DNA of 64,000 nucleotides from an uncultured Clostridia bacterium (GCA_934630705.1 CAKTWP010000002.1:100195-164194); one strand, 5' to 3'. Positions 1 to 8,441 are shown, numbered from the stretch's first letter. Notes: generated by a model from the sequence alone, not told the origin. Made by a program: numbers and translations.

Positions 1-530
1 TGCTTGGATTTAGGAAATCAGCGGGCTTCTGTGTGATGCAATGGGAACGGTGCGGGGCGCTGCCCCACACCCCGCCAGGGAGTTCCTCCCTGGACCCGGT
101 ACACAATGGGACTTGGATTTAAGAAGTCGACGTTTTTCTGTGTGAGACAACAGGAACGGATGTGTTACAGCATCCCGCGGCAGCGCCTGAGCGAATGCTC
201 AGGCCCCGGTCAACCTGTTGACCGGGGGTTTTCGGCATGTCGAGTCCCGGGGAGAACTTGTTCTCCCCGGGATCGATCATCCGAAAACCGCTTCCTGCCG
301 CGGGGAACATGGCCGTAACCCAACATAACCTCACGCTTCACGCGGAAAGATTTCGGATAACCTGCCAACAATCATCGCGGAATGGGGGTGCAGGGGAAGC
401 CTTCCCCTGCTTCGGGGGTTTGGGGGCGAAGAGCCCCCAAAGACTCCCCTGCCCGCGGTCGGCCCCCGTTTAGCTGCTGGGCATATGCAAAAGGCACCAT
501 ACCGTGAAGGCATGGTGCTTTTTTGCTTTG
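1..530. other. Noncoding GC-rich block downstream of tsaC. It carries at least five perfect palindromic stem-loops and a diverged tandem ~60-nt repeat; no convincing ORF.
   Basis: Perfect palindromes: ccagggag-ttc-ctccctgg (82-100); ccccggtcaac-ct-gttgaccgggg (200-223); tcccggggagaac-tt-gttctccccggga (241-268); gcaggggaa-gcc-ttcccctgc (389-409); tttgggggc-gaaga-gcccccaaa (416-438). Segments 4-70 and 113-185 share ttggatttaRgaaRtc...ttctgtgtga...aacgg. Overlapping ORFs are low-complexity. Confidence 0.4.
494..526. terminator. Bidirectional intrinsic terminator
   Basis: Stem gcaccat...catggtgc followed by tttttt on the + strand and tttt on the - strand. Lies ~120 nt downstream of the tsaC stop. 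Confidence 0.55.
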
Positions 531-643
531 CATTTAACTGCGAGAACATAAAATCGGGCCGATCAGCCGTGGGATACAGCCGCAGAGCCTCCACGCCATA
601 GGGCCGCAGAAGGGAGCGCAGCGTTTCTTTGTCCATCATTTCC

Positions 644-1660
644 TCATAGCGTCACGATGTCAAAGGCGGCAGCGCGGGCCATGCGGTTCATCACCGCCAG
701 CGCCACGTCGTCCCCCTGCCAGCCCATGGCCAGAATCAGGGAGCAGCCGGTTTCGTCCATTTCCCGCAGCCGCTGAAACAGCAGATGCGCCGTTTCCTCC
801 GGCGTAGCACCCAGCGATACCGCGGCGCGATGGCCAAAGGCGGGCAACGCATCGGTGTGCGCCAGAATGCAGGCGTTTTCCGCCGCATCGTACCGGCGGC
901 AGATTTCGGCAATCACCTTCTGCTCGTCGCCTACAAACACGGTCATTTTCGCCCGGGGCGCATAATGCCGATGCCGCATGCCGGGAGAGGGCGCGGCTTC
1001 GCCTTCCTTCAGCGGCCGCATCACGCTGGGTGCCACCGTGCAAGCGCCCACAACCTGCTTTACCATGGCCGGGGTAATGGCTCCGGGCCGCAGCACGCAG
1101 GGCGCCTCGCCCGTCACGTCCAGCACCGTGGATTCCACGCCCACCTGGCATTCGCCCCCATCCAGAATCAGGGGGATGCGGCCGTCCATGTCCTCCAGAA
1201 CATGCCGGGCCGTGGTGGGGCTGGGACGGCCGGAGCGATTGGCGCTGGGCGCCGCAATGGGCAGGCCGCATTGGGCCAGCAGCTGATGGGCCACGGGATG
1301 ATTGGGGCAGCGCACGGCCACGGAGGCCAGACCGGCCGTGGTCACATCCGGCACCCGGTCCGTCTTGCGCAGCAGCAGCGTCAGCGGCCCGGGCCAGAAT
1401 GCGTCCATCAGCTTTTTCGCCGTATCCGTCACTTCGCACAGGCCTTCCAGCTGCTCCCGCCGGGCTACATGCACGATCAGCGGGTTGTCCGCCGGCCGCT
1501 CCTTGGCGGCAAAAATGGCGCGCACAGCGTCCGGGTTCAAAGCATCCGCCCCCAGGCCGTAAACCGTTTCCGTGGGGAAGGCCACCACCTGGCCCGCCCG
1601 CAGCAGGGCGCAGGCCCGCTCAAGGGCTGCGGCGTTGGCGGCGCAAAGCATGGTTTCCAT
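644..1660 (-). CDS. tsaC: L-threonylcarbamoyladenylate synthase (Sua5/YrdC family, long form with Sua5 C-terminal domain)
   Basis: 338 aa. YrdC-fold motifs (AFPTETVYGLGADALNPDAVRAIFAAKERPADNPLIVH, LLLRK, IAAPSANRSGRPSPTTA) plus a C-terminal Sua5 domain. Confidence 0.85.
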   Translation of the reverse strand: METMLCAANAAALERACALLRAGQVVAFPTETVYGLGADALNPDAVRAIFAAKERPADNPLIVHVARREQLEGLCEVTDTAKKLMDAFWPGPLTLLLRKTDRVPDVTTAGLASVAVRCPNHPVAHQLLAQCGLPIAAPSANRSGRPSPTTARHVLEDMDGRIPLILDGGECQVGVESTVLDVTGEAPCVLRPGAITPAMVKQVVGACTVAPSVMRPLKEGEAAPSPGMRHRHYAPRAKMTVFVGDEQKVIAEICRRYDAAENACILAHTDALPAFGHRAAVSLGATPEETAHLLFQRLREMDETGCSLILAMGWQGDDVALAVMNRMARAAAFDIVTL

Positions 1661-1681
1661 GAAAAATCGATCTCCTTTTGC

Positions 1682-2173
1682 TCAGCCCAGGGTCTTGCGA
1701 ACCCGGCCCATCAGCGGCCACAGCACCGCGCCGCACACCAGCCCGGCCACGCCCTGGAACGCATTGCCCAGCAAGCTGGCCGCCGCGGTCGCCGCGCCAT
1801 ACAGGCAGGTTTCAAACAGGAAATACCCGGCCACCATCCACGCTTCCGCCACGGCCATCCACACAATCCGCTGCCAGACCTTTTCCGCCTTCAGGCACAG
1901 CGTGCCCGCCATCAGGCCCATCAGCCCCTTGATAATCGCCGTTGCGGGGACATACAGCCCATAGCCCAGAATCAGATCCGCCAGGGCGCTGCCCAGCGCG
2001 CCGGGAATCACCGCCAGCGGGCCCAGCAGCGCGCCGCCGCAGAGAATCAGGCCGTCGCCCAGGTTGCAATAGCCCTGGGTCATGGGAATGGGCACATGCA
2101 GAAATAACGTGGCCACCGCCACCAGCGCGGTCATCACCGCCAAATACACCAGCTGCTTCACAGACATACGCAT
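1682..2173 (-). CDS. ECF-transporter S (substrate-capture) component, ThiW/QueT-like small membrane protein
   Basis: 163 aa with ~5 TM segments. Motifs HVPIPMTQGYCNLGDGLILCGGALLGP are typical of ECF S components. Ends 22 nt upstream of the tsaC start, so probably co-transcribed. Confidence 0.55.
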   Translation of the reverse strand: MRMSVKQLVYLAVMTALVAVATLFLHVPIPMTQGYCNLGDGLILCGGALLGPLAVIPGALGSALADLILGYGLYVPATAIIKGLMGLMAGTLCLKAEKVWQRIVWMAVAEAWMVAGYFLFETCLYGAATAAASLLGNAFQGVAGLVCGAVLWPLMGRVRKTLG

Positions 2174-2205
2174 GGGGAAACATCCTCCTTTTTGGGATAC
2201 GCCTT

Positions 2206-2234
2206 ATCATAGGCGTTAACTGGGCTTTTGTCAA
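2206..2234 (-). promoter_or_regulatory. Sigma-70 promoter for the S-component/tsaC operon
   Basis: On the - strand, TTGACA-17 nt-TATGAT, ~30 nt upstream of the RBS aaggagg and the ATG. The leader is short, with no room for a riboswitch. Confidence 0.5.
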
Positions 2235-2496
2235 GGGCGAAGCTCCACGCGCTTTTCCCTTTGAGCGTCTTCGCTGCGCGCGACGCTATAGGGAAGCGCG
2301 TCACTTTGCTAAGAAGCCTGCCTTCCTTCCGCCGCCGCAGAGCGTCGGCTCCAGAAGCGGCCTGCTGCGCTTGCCCGCGCCGCGTTGCGTCGTAAGGCAA
2401 AGTGCTTTGACTTGCAACGAAAAGGCCGTCGAAAAGCTTTTTCGACAGCCGGAACGCTTTGGGGAAATCGCGGCAGAAATGCGCGCATGCCGGGGG

Positions 2497-3660
2497 TCAT
2501 TTTTTTCGGGCTCTTTCATGGGCCTGGCTTTTCTCCTGATACAGGTTTTTATCCGCGGCGCGGATGAAATCCGGGATGTCCTGAATGGCGGGGGTCTTTA
2601 CGGCGTAGCCGATGCTGAGCGTCACCTGCGCGGGCGTGTTGGCCAGGCAGTTGTTCTGGCGAAGCGTGGCGCGGACGGTATTGCGCACCATGCGAATTTC
2701 CTGCTCGCTTTCCGCTTCGCCGATGGCGATAAACTCATCCCCGCCATAGCGGCCGATAAAGAACGAGTGGGGCAGGGCGGCCTTGAGCGTGTCCGCAATG
2801 CGGCACAGGGCGTTATCGCCCTCCACATGGCCGAATTCATCGTTGATCTGCTTCAGGTTATCCACGTCCAACATCAGCAGATACAGCCGGTAATCGGCGT
2901 TATGATTCTTCATTTTGCTGGACAGGAATCGGATCATCTGGCTGCGGTTATTCAGCTGGGTCAGCGGGTCGATGGAGATCATGCTGCCCTGCTGGCTGAT
3001 ATAGAGCATCAGGGTGGCCAGGGTTGCGCCGATGTGCAGGGCGGGGATCGCGCCGCCGGACAGGAGCTGCTGGGCCAGGAAGGGCAGGGGCACGAAGGTG
3101 AACAGCGTGAGGCTGAGCAGCTCCGTCCGCCGGGCATAATTTTTCTTTTGCAGCGCCAGAATCATGGCACGGATGGAGGCAAACAGCATGTAGCCGTAGG
3201 ACACGATGATATGCAGCCCGTGCAGCGGCCCCCGGTGATAAACGTTTTGCTCGTCAATAAAGAAAATCCAGTGGGTGAAGGGAGAAAGGAGAATCATCGC
3301 CACCATCGCCAGTATGGGAATGGCCACCAGCGCGATCCGCCAGGGCTTTCTGCTTACGGAAGCATTCTGCTGCTTCTCGGCATACAGAAACCAGCCCAGG
3401 CATCCCAAGCTGATGGCAATGAAATAGCCATGGTTCACCGCCCAAAGGAGCCATCGGGGCAGCGAAACGGCGCTGGCGGTCAGCGCGGTCCATGCCCCAT
3501 CGCATAAAATGGCAAGCTGGAAAAGTGACAGCGTCATTATCAGCACCTGATGCTCCCAGCGGCGATCCAGGCTTTTGAACAGCCGACAAACGATGATGCC
3601 CATGATCAGAAAGCACATGATTGTGATTTCCACATACAGCATTGCGGCCAGATTGGTCAA
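2497..3660 (-). CDS. Membrane-anchored diguanylate cyclase (multi-TM N-terminal sensor plus GGDEF domain)
   Basis: 387 aa. The N-terminal ~200 aa are hydrophobic. The C-terminal GGDEF motifs are ...RYGGDEFIAIGEAE... and LMLDVDNLKQINDEFGH. Confidence 0.8.
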   Translation of the reverse strand: MTNLAAMLYVEITIMCFLIMGIIVCRLFKSLDRRWEHQVLIMTLSLFQLAILCDGAWTALTASAVSLPRWLLWAVNHGYFIAISLGCLGWFLYAEKQQNASVSRKPWRIALVAIPILAMVAMILLSPFTHWIFFIDEQNVYHRGPLHGLHIIVSYGYMLFASIRAMILALQKKNYARRTELLSLTLFTFVPLPFLAQQLLSGGAIPALHIGATLATLMLYISQQGSMISIDPLTQLNNRSQMIRFLSSKMKNHNADYRLYLLMLDVDNLKQINDEFGHVEGDNALCRIADTLKAALPHSFFIGRYGGDEFIAIGEAESEQEIRMVRNTVRATLRQNNCLANTPAQVTLSIGYAVKTPAIQDIPDFIRAADKNLYQEKSQAHERARKK

Positions 3661-3806
3661 GGCGGCATCCGTCCTTTCTCAGGCCCTGTTCAGCAAATGG
3701 TTACTGCAAGGTTACGCGATAGGCTCATTGTGTAAAGTGCTTTTCATTTTAGCATATCGCTTGGCGTTTGTAAACACTTTTTGCGTGCGGGGCTGTTTCC
3801 AGGCGC

Positions 3807-3835
3807 TTGACTTTTTCTTTCCGCCCATGTATAAT
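3807..3835 (+). promoter_or_regulatory. Sigma-70 promoter of the proS leader
   Basis: TTGACT-17 nt-TATAAT with an extended TG. Confidence 0.55.
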
Positions 3836-3841
3836 ATCGGT

Positions 3842-4008
3842 AATTTCACACGGCGATGCAAGGTTCCCGCCCTTGGGCCAGCGGCCAATCCCCGCCGGAT
3901 GCCTCCGTTATCAGGCGATCGAGCGGGCGCGCAAAGCGCCAAGCCGGGTGGTACCGCGAAGCTGATTCCCCCTTCGTCCCTGCAAAGGAGCGAGGGGGAT
4001 TTTCTGTT
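3842..4008 (+). promoter_or_regulatory. T-box riboswitch leader (tRNA-sensing antiterminator) controlling proS
   Basis: Conserved T-box sequence GGGTGGTACCGCG at 3946-3958. Followed by a terminator hairpin tcccccttcg...cgagggggat and a U-tract (3964-4008), immediately before the proS RBS. Confidence 0.7.
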
Positions 4009-4028
4009 TGTTTGAAGGAGGAAGCGTT

Positions 4029-5471
4029 ATGGCAAAGGAAAAGAAGCAGGAGTTTGTGCAGCATATTACGCCCCGGGATGAAAACTTCTCCCAGTGGTAT
4101 ACCGACGTGGTCACCCAGACCGACCTGATGGATTACACCCCCGTGCGCGGCTGCATGGCCCTCAAGCCCTACGGCAACCGGATCTGGGAGCTGATTCATG
4201 AGCAGCTGGACGGGATGTTTAAGGAAACGGGCCATGAAAACGTGTCCATGCCCATGCTGATCCCCGAATCCCTGCTGCTCAAGGAAGCGGATCACGTGGA
4301 AGGGTTTGCGCCGGAGGTGGCGTGGGTCACCCAGGGGGGCGCCGAGCCGCTCACAGAGCGCCTGGCCGTTCGCCCCACCAGCGAAACCATTTTTTGCACC
4401 ATGTTTTCCAAGTGGGTGGAATCCTGGCGCGACCTGCCGCTGAAATACAACCAGTGGTGCTCCGTGATGCGCTGGGAAAAGACCACCCGCCCCTTCCTGC
4501 GCACGGCGGAATTCTGGTGGCAGGAGGGCCACACGGTCCACGCCACCGCCGAGGAAGCCGAGCAGGAAACCCAGCAGATGCTGGGCGTGTATAAGACCTT
4601 CTGCGAAAACAACCTGGCCATCCCCGTGTTTGCGGGCCAGAAATCCGAAAAGGAGAAGTTTGCCGGCGCGCAGGCCACCTATTCCATCGAGGCCATGATG
4701 CAGGACGGCAAAGCGCTGCAGGCAGGCACCAGCCATAACTTCGGCACCAATTTCTCCGTGCCCTTCGACATCAAGTATCTGTCCAAGGAAGGCAAGCTGG
4801 AATACTGCTACGAAACCTCCTGGGGCTGCTCCACCCGGCTCATCGGCGCCATCATCATGACCCACGGCGACGAGCGCGGCCTGAAGCTGCCGCCCATGAT
4901 CGCCCCCTATCAGGCGGTGATTCTGCCCATTGCGGCGCATAAGGGCGGCGTGATGGAAAAGTGCGAGGAAGCGTTTGCTGCGCTGAAGGCGGCGGGCATC
5001 CGCGTGAAGCTGGACGACCGGGACAATGTGTCCCCCGGCTGGAAGTTTAACGAATGGGAGCTCAAGGGCGTGCCCGTGCGCGTGGAAATGGGGCCCCGGG
5101 ATATTGAAAACGGCGTGGCCACCGTGATGCGCCGGGATACCTTTGAAAAGACCACCATCTCTCTGGCGCATCTGGCCGAGGAGCTCAAGGCGCTGCTGGA
5201 TGACATTCAGCAGAACATGTTCCGCCAGGCCAATGAATTCCGGCTGGCCCACACCCGGGATGTGCATTCCTACGAGGAGCTCAAGGCCCAGGTGGACGGT
5301 GGCTATGCCCGGGCCATGTGGTGCGGCGACCGGGCCTGCGAGGATAAGATTAAGGAAGAAACCGGCGCCACCTCCCGGAATATGCCCTTCGATCAGACGC
5401 CCATCGGCGACACCTGCGTCTGCTGCGGACGCAAGGCCACGAAGGTCATGTATTTCGCTAAGGCATATTAA
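4029..5471 (+). CDS. proS: Prolyl-tRNA synthetase, archaeal/eukaryotic-type (class II, ~480 aa form)
   Basis: Begins MAKEKKQEFVQHITPRDENFSQWYTDVV with an RBS gaaggagg. The short ProRS architecture lacks the bacterial insertion domain. Class II motifs are present. Confidence 0.9.
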   Translation: MAKEKKQEFVQHITPRDENFSQWYTDVVTQTDLMDYTPVRGCMALKPYGNRIWELIHEQLDGMFKETGHENVSMPMLIPESLLLKEADHVEGFAPEVAWVTQGGAEPLTERLAVRPTSETIFCTMFSKWVESWRDLPLKYNQWCSVMRWEKTTRPFLRTAEFWWQEGHTVHATAEEAEQETQQMLGVYKTFCENNLAIPVFAGQKSEKEKFAGAQATYSIEAMMQDGKALQAGTSHNFGTNFSVPFDIKYLSKEGKLEYCYETSWGCSTRLIGAIIMTHGDERGLKLPPMIAPYQAVILPIAAHKGGVMEKCEEAFAALKAAGIRVKLDDRDNVSPGWKFNEWELKGVPVRVEMGPRDIENGVATVMRRDTFEKTTISLAHLAEELKALLDDIQQNMFRQANEFRLAHTRDVHSYEELKAQVDGGYARAMWCGDRACEDKIKEETGATSRNMPFDQTPIGDTCVCCGRKATKVMYFAKAY

Positions 5472-5478
5472 AAATATA

Positions 5479-5690
5479 GGGGGATCGTTCTTTGCGGTCA
5501 AAGAACAATTCCCCCTGTCCCCTTCCAGAAAAGCCATCGGGATAAAAACGGAATACATCCTATCGGCAATGTGCCCCAGATGGGAGAGAAACGAAAATGC
5601 TGTCGTTCCTTTTCCCGTCCGGGGCACATTGCCGATTGCGCGAAAACCTGCTTTTGTTCCGGCCGGTTTTCGGAGGGGTACGGGGACCGC
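5479..5690 (+). repeat. Composite structured repeat, copy 1 (5' REP hairpin + GGGATAAAAA box + large hairpin + 3' G/C-run hairpin)
   Basis: gggggatcgttctttgcggtcaaagaacaattccccc ... gggataaaaacggaa ... aatgtgccccagatggg[loop]cccgtccggggcacatt ... ccggccggttttcgg ... cggggaccgcttttgacgcaaaagcggtccccg. About 88% identical to 16399-16615. Confidence 0.65.
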
Positions 5691-5720
5691 TTTTGACGCA
5701 AAAGCGGTCCCCGCATTTGT

Positions 5721-6512
5721 TTATTCGCCATAGCTTTCGTCGCTGGTGATTTGCCCTTGGGCGTTCAGCCGAACTATGTATTCGTTCCGGCTGTCGTCCA
5801 GCGGCAGGAAAGAAAACACCCATTCCGGCGGGCCGGAGCGTTCGTCGCCTATCCAGGAATGGCCGTACTGCACCGATTCCTCCCACACAGCGGGATCGGC
5901 GGGATCATCGCCATACCTGTCGCGGATGTAGGCAAGCGCCGCGGCCCGGGCCTGATCGTAGGCGTATTCCCCTTCCCCGGGCAGGAGCAGATAATTCTTC
6001 TCCTTGAATCCGATGGCCACCATAGCCTCCTCGAACCAATACTTCTGCTGGATGCTCCAGGTGTAATACAGCCCGCCGAACGCGTCCCGGGCAAATTCCA
6101 TGATGGTTTCCTCGGCGGAATAATCCTGCCCCGCCGTCAGGGCGGCTTTCAGCCGATCCGAAAGCTGAATGCCGTTTTCCTCCGCCAGAAGCAGCACCTG
6201 CTTTAACTGTGCATTGGTGAATACCTGCTCGTCCCCAAGCGGCTTGTTTTTCTCGTTTTCCTGGGCCATGGGCACCAGATGCCCTTCGATAATCTCCTGT
6301 CCGGACAGCAGCGCCGCTGCCAGCGCGCCCAAGGTCAGCAGGCACAAAAGCAGCGCCAGCACCAGACCGATGGATAACCTCTTTTTCATCGTTCGTTTTC
6401 CCTCCAAAATATGCTGCGTAAGCTGGGCACGCTGGGCGGAAGAGGGGTCAAGGGAAAAAAGCGCGCTGTCCACAGCGTTGGTCAGCCGCTTTTGCAGCTC
6501 CAGATCCTTCAT
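5721..6512 (-). CDS. Membrane-anchored anti-sigma factor (cognate to the upstream ECF sigma)
   Basis: 263 aa with a single TM (LSIGLVLALLLCLLTLGALAAALL). Its start overlaps the sigma gene stop by 4 nt (ATGA coupling). Confidence 0.55.
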   Translation of the reverse strand: MKDLELQKRLTNAVDSALFSLDPSSAQRAQLTQHILEGKRTMKKRLSIGLVLALLLCLLTLGALAAALLSGQEIIEGHLVPMAQENEKNKPLGDEQVFTNAQLKQVLLLAEENGIQLSDRLKAALTAGQDYSAEETIMEFARDAFGGLYYTWSIQQKYWFEEAMVAIGFKEKNYLLLPGEGEYAYDQARAAALAYIRDRYGDDPADPAVWEESVQYGHSWIGDERSGPPEWVFSFLPLDDSRNEYIVRLNAQGQITSDESYGE

Positions 6513-7030
6513 GGTTCATCCCCTCCCGTCAGGCTTTGCCGAAGCATTTCCTCCGCCCGCCGCAGGCGTTTGGCGGCGGTGGATTTGGGCATGCCCAGAA
6601 TGTCCGCCGCTTCCCGCAGCGTCAGGTTGTGATAGTAATACAGGAGAATCAGCCTTTTTTCAGGCGCGGGCAGCCCGGCCAGAGAAAGAAACAGCGATCG
6701 ATCCTCCGCCGGAAGCGCCAGCAGGCCGGGCGGCAATTCCTCCAGCGCCTGATGAAAATCCATCCGCCGAAACCATGCGCCCCGGCGATAATCCCGGCAG
6801 GTGTTGATGGCGATGCGCAGAAGCCAGGCCCTGACATTGCGCACCTGCTGCCGCTCAAAGCGCTCCATGGCTTTCCAGGCCTTGAAAAATGTATCCTGCA
6901 AAGCGTCCTGCGCCAGCGCCCGATCGCCCAGCTCCAGAAAGCAGGTTTTGAGAAGACAATCGCTGTACGCGTCCACCCAGCCCTCCAGCGTTTCCTCCCG
7001 GGTCATGCCGGGTACCGCAGCATGCTCCAT
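6509..7030 (-). CDS. RNA polymerase ECF-type sigma-70 factor
   Basis: 173 aa. Region 2 (FLELGDRALAQDALQDTFFKAWK) and region 4 HTH (LTLREAADILGMPKSTAAKRLRRA). Confidence 0.85.
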   Translation of the reverse strand: MEHAAVPGMTREETLEGWVDAYSDCLLKTCFLELGDRALAQDALQDTFFKAWKAMERFERQQVRNVRAWLLRIAINTCRDYRRGAWFRRMDFHQALEELPPGLLALPAEDRSLFLSLAGLPAPEKRLILLYYYHNLTLREAADILGMPKSTAAKRLRRAEEMLRQSLTGGDEP

Positions 7031-7082
7031 TGGCGCTCCCTCCCTTCCTCACCAATAAAGACGATATACCCCGGCGCTTTGT

Positions 7083-7109
7083 CCACGAAAGTCGGCGAAA
7101 AATGTTGCA
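7083..7109 (-). promoter_or_regulatory. Candidate ECF-type autoregulatory promoter upstream of the sigma gene
   Basis: On the - strand, tGCAAC-16 nt-CGTg, matching the AAC-N16-CGT pattern of SigW/SigM-type ECF promoters. Sits ~50 nt upstream of the sigma ATG. Confidence 0.35.
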
Positions 7110-7203
7110 AAAGTCTTAAATTTGAAAAGTCCACAATTTGTTTGCCAAAAGCGCTGCATGATTTGCTATGATAAAACCAGCATTTCCAAAGGAGGCGTTT
7201 GGA

Positions 7204-8295
7204 ATGAAACGAATGATGGCTTTACTGCTGGCGCTTGTGCTGTGGCTGCCTGTGGGGGCGGGGGCCGCTTCGCTGGATGCGCTGGCCGGGCTGATACAGG
7301 GGCAGAAGGAGAATAGCGATCCGGTGCTTACCTCTCCGGCGTTTTTGCTGGGCGGGGAGGGTGCGCTGCTGCTGGAAGACGTGGTCATGGGCGATCAGCT
7401 TTACGACGCATATGGTTATCCCCTGTGTGAAGATACGAATGCTTTCGCGGCTACCTATGAAAAATGGATGACGCTGGCAGGCTACGAAATGACCGCCGTT
7501 ACCATCAATGATTACAGCGCCTATCAGCTGACCGCGCCCTCCGGGCTGTGCGCTTATCTGATTCCCCGGTTTTCCAAGGCGGCCGTGCTGTTTATCCCGG
7601 AGGGCATCACGGTGGGGCCGCTGGTGCTTCCCGATCCGGCGGACTATTGCTCCGCGGCCATGGCCCCTACCCACGATCAGGCGGATAGTGGATTCACCTG
7701 GTATTTCTATCGCACGGAAGATGCGGATGTTTTCGATTATAAACGTTATTTTCAGGCCTTGGAAAGCCAGTATGGATTCAAGCGGCTGTTAGATGAAGAA
7801 AATGCCATCGAAACGATCTGGTCTGCCGAAGATTATACAAGCTATACGCCCTTCTCTGTGCCGGGCTATCAGGGAAAACAGCTTACTGCACGGGGGAGTA
7901 CCTGCGATTTTATGGTTTATGTTAACAGCAAGGTGATTTCATCCGTACGCTGGACAACGATGGGCCCTGCCTTGGCAAATGGAGCCGTGGGCATTGTGGC
8001 TTCAGGCTATGAGGACAACGGCGTCTACTTTGCCAAGGGCGGCGCTGGCGGGGAAAGGACGCAGTCCGGCGAACCGGCAAAGCAGTCCGCCAGCCCTACG
8101 GCGAAGCCCACCGCCAAGCCCACCGAGGCCCCCAAGGCCTGCAATTATTGCGGTGGCTCCGGCTGGCAGCAGCACAGCTTCTGCCGCGGCAGCGGAAAAA
8201 ACTATATGGCGGGCAGCGGATACAGGAGCTGCCCGTCCTGCGGCGGCACAGGCCGCGTCCGCTGCAATTATTGCGGCGGTACCGGGAAAAAATAA
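7204..8295 (+). CDS. Secreted protein with a C-terminal DnaJ-type CxxCxGxG zinc-finger repeat domain
   Basis: Signal peptide MKRMMALLLALVLWLPVGAGAA. Pro/Thr/Ala/Lys linker PTAKPTAKPTEAPKA. Three CxxCxGxG repeats (CNYCGGSG, CPSCGGTG, CNYCGGTG). RBS aaaggagg. Divergent from the ECF sigma operon. Confidence 0.6.
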   Translation: MKRMMALLLALVLWLPVGAGAASLDALAGLIQGQKENSDPVLTSPAFLLGGEGALLLEDVVMGDQLYDAYGYPLCEDTNAFAATYEKWMTLAGYEMTAVTINDYSAYQLTAPSGLCAYLIPRFSKAAVLFIPEGITVGPLVLPDPADYCSAAMAPTHDQADSGFTWYFYRTEDADVFDYKRYFQALESQYGFKRLLDEENAIETIWSAEDYTSYTPFSVPGYQGKQLTARGSTCDFMVYVNSKVISSVRWTTMGPALANGAVGIVASGYEDNGVYFAKGGAGGERTQSGEPAKQSASPTAKPTAKPTEAPKACNYCGGSGWQQHSFCRGSGKNYMAGSGYRSCPSCGGTGRVRCNYCGGTGKK

Positions 8296-8362
8296 TCCGC
8301 GCCTTCCTTCAGGAAAGCCCAATGCGCAAAGAAGGAGCAATTTACCCGTTTCTCTGCCGAAA

Positions 8363-8399
8363 AATCCGCATCGGATGTTGCCGGTGCGGATTCTTTCGT
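8363..8399 (+). terminator. Intrinsic terminator
   Basis: aatccgca...tgcggatt hairpin followed by ctttcgtt. Confidence 0.45.
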
Positions 8400-8411
8400 T
8401 CTGTCCGTGCC

Positions 8412-8441
8412 GCCATAATTGCCCGTCCCGTCTCATATAGT
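8412..8441 (+). promoter_or_regulatory. Candidate sporulation-sigma (sigE/sigK-type) promoter of sigK
   Basis: ccATAATT-14 nt-CATATAGT resembles the sigE consensus (kmATATT-N14-CATACAnT). Sits ~20 nt upstream of the sigK RBS. Confidence 0.35.

Noticed and set aside
60-480. tmRNA or RNase P RNA in the structured block downstream of tsaC.
   Set aside because: I found no tRNA-like acceptor/T-arm end, no tag-peptide reading frame ending in ALAA-stop, and no GGAAAGUCC (P4) or ACAGAA motifs on either strand.
331-639. 102-aa ORF on the - strand.
   Set aside because: Its C-terminal half is low-complexity (GGSSPPNPRSRGRLPLHP). It spans the bidirectional terminator and the palindromic block, and it has no RBS.
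785-2107. Long antisense ORFs throughout the track. Examples: 785..2107(+), 3846..5627(-), 11960..13861(-), 18433..20217(-), 35117..37627(+), 37988..40126(-), 40235..42298(-), 43657..46629(-), 46838..48400(+), 53556..55157(+), 56426..58060(-), 58799..60910(-), 61509..63095(-).
   Set aside because: Each lies opposite a well-supported gene with recognisable conserved motifs. Their translations are low-complexity and Arg/Gly/Pro/His-rich, as expected for stop-poor antisense frames in a high-GC genome.
2174-2400. TPP or preQ1 riboswitch upstream of the ECF S-component gene.
   Set aside because: A CCCAGUUAAC string resembles part of a preQ1-I aptamer, but it is the spacer of a TTGACA-17-TATGAT promoter. 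The transcribed leader is only ~30 nt.
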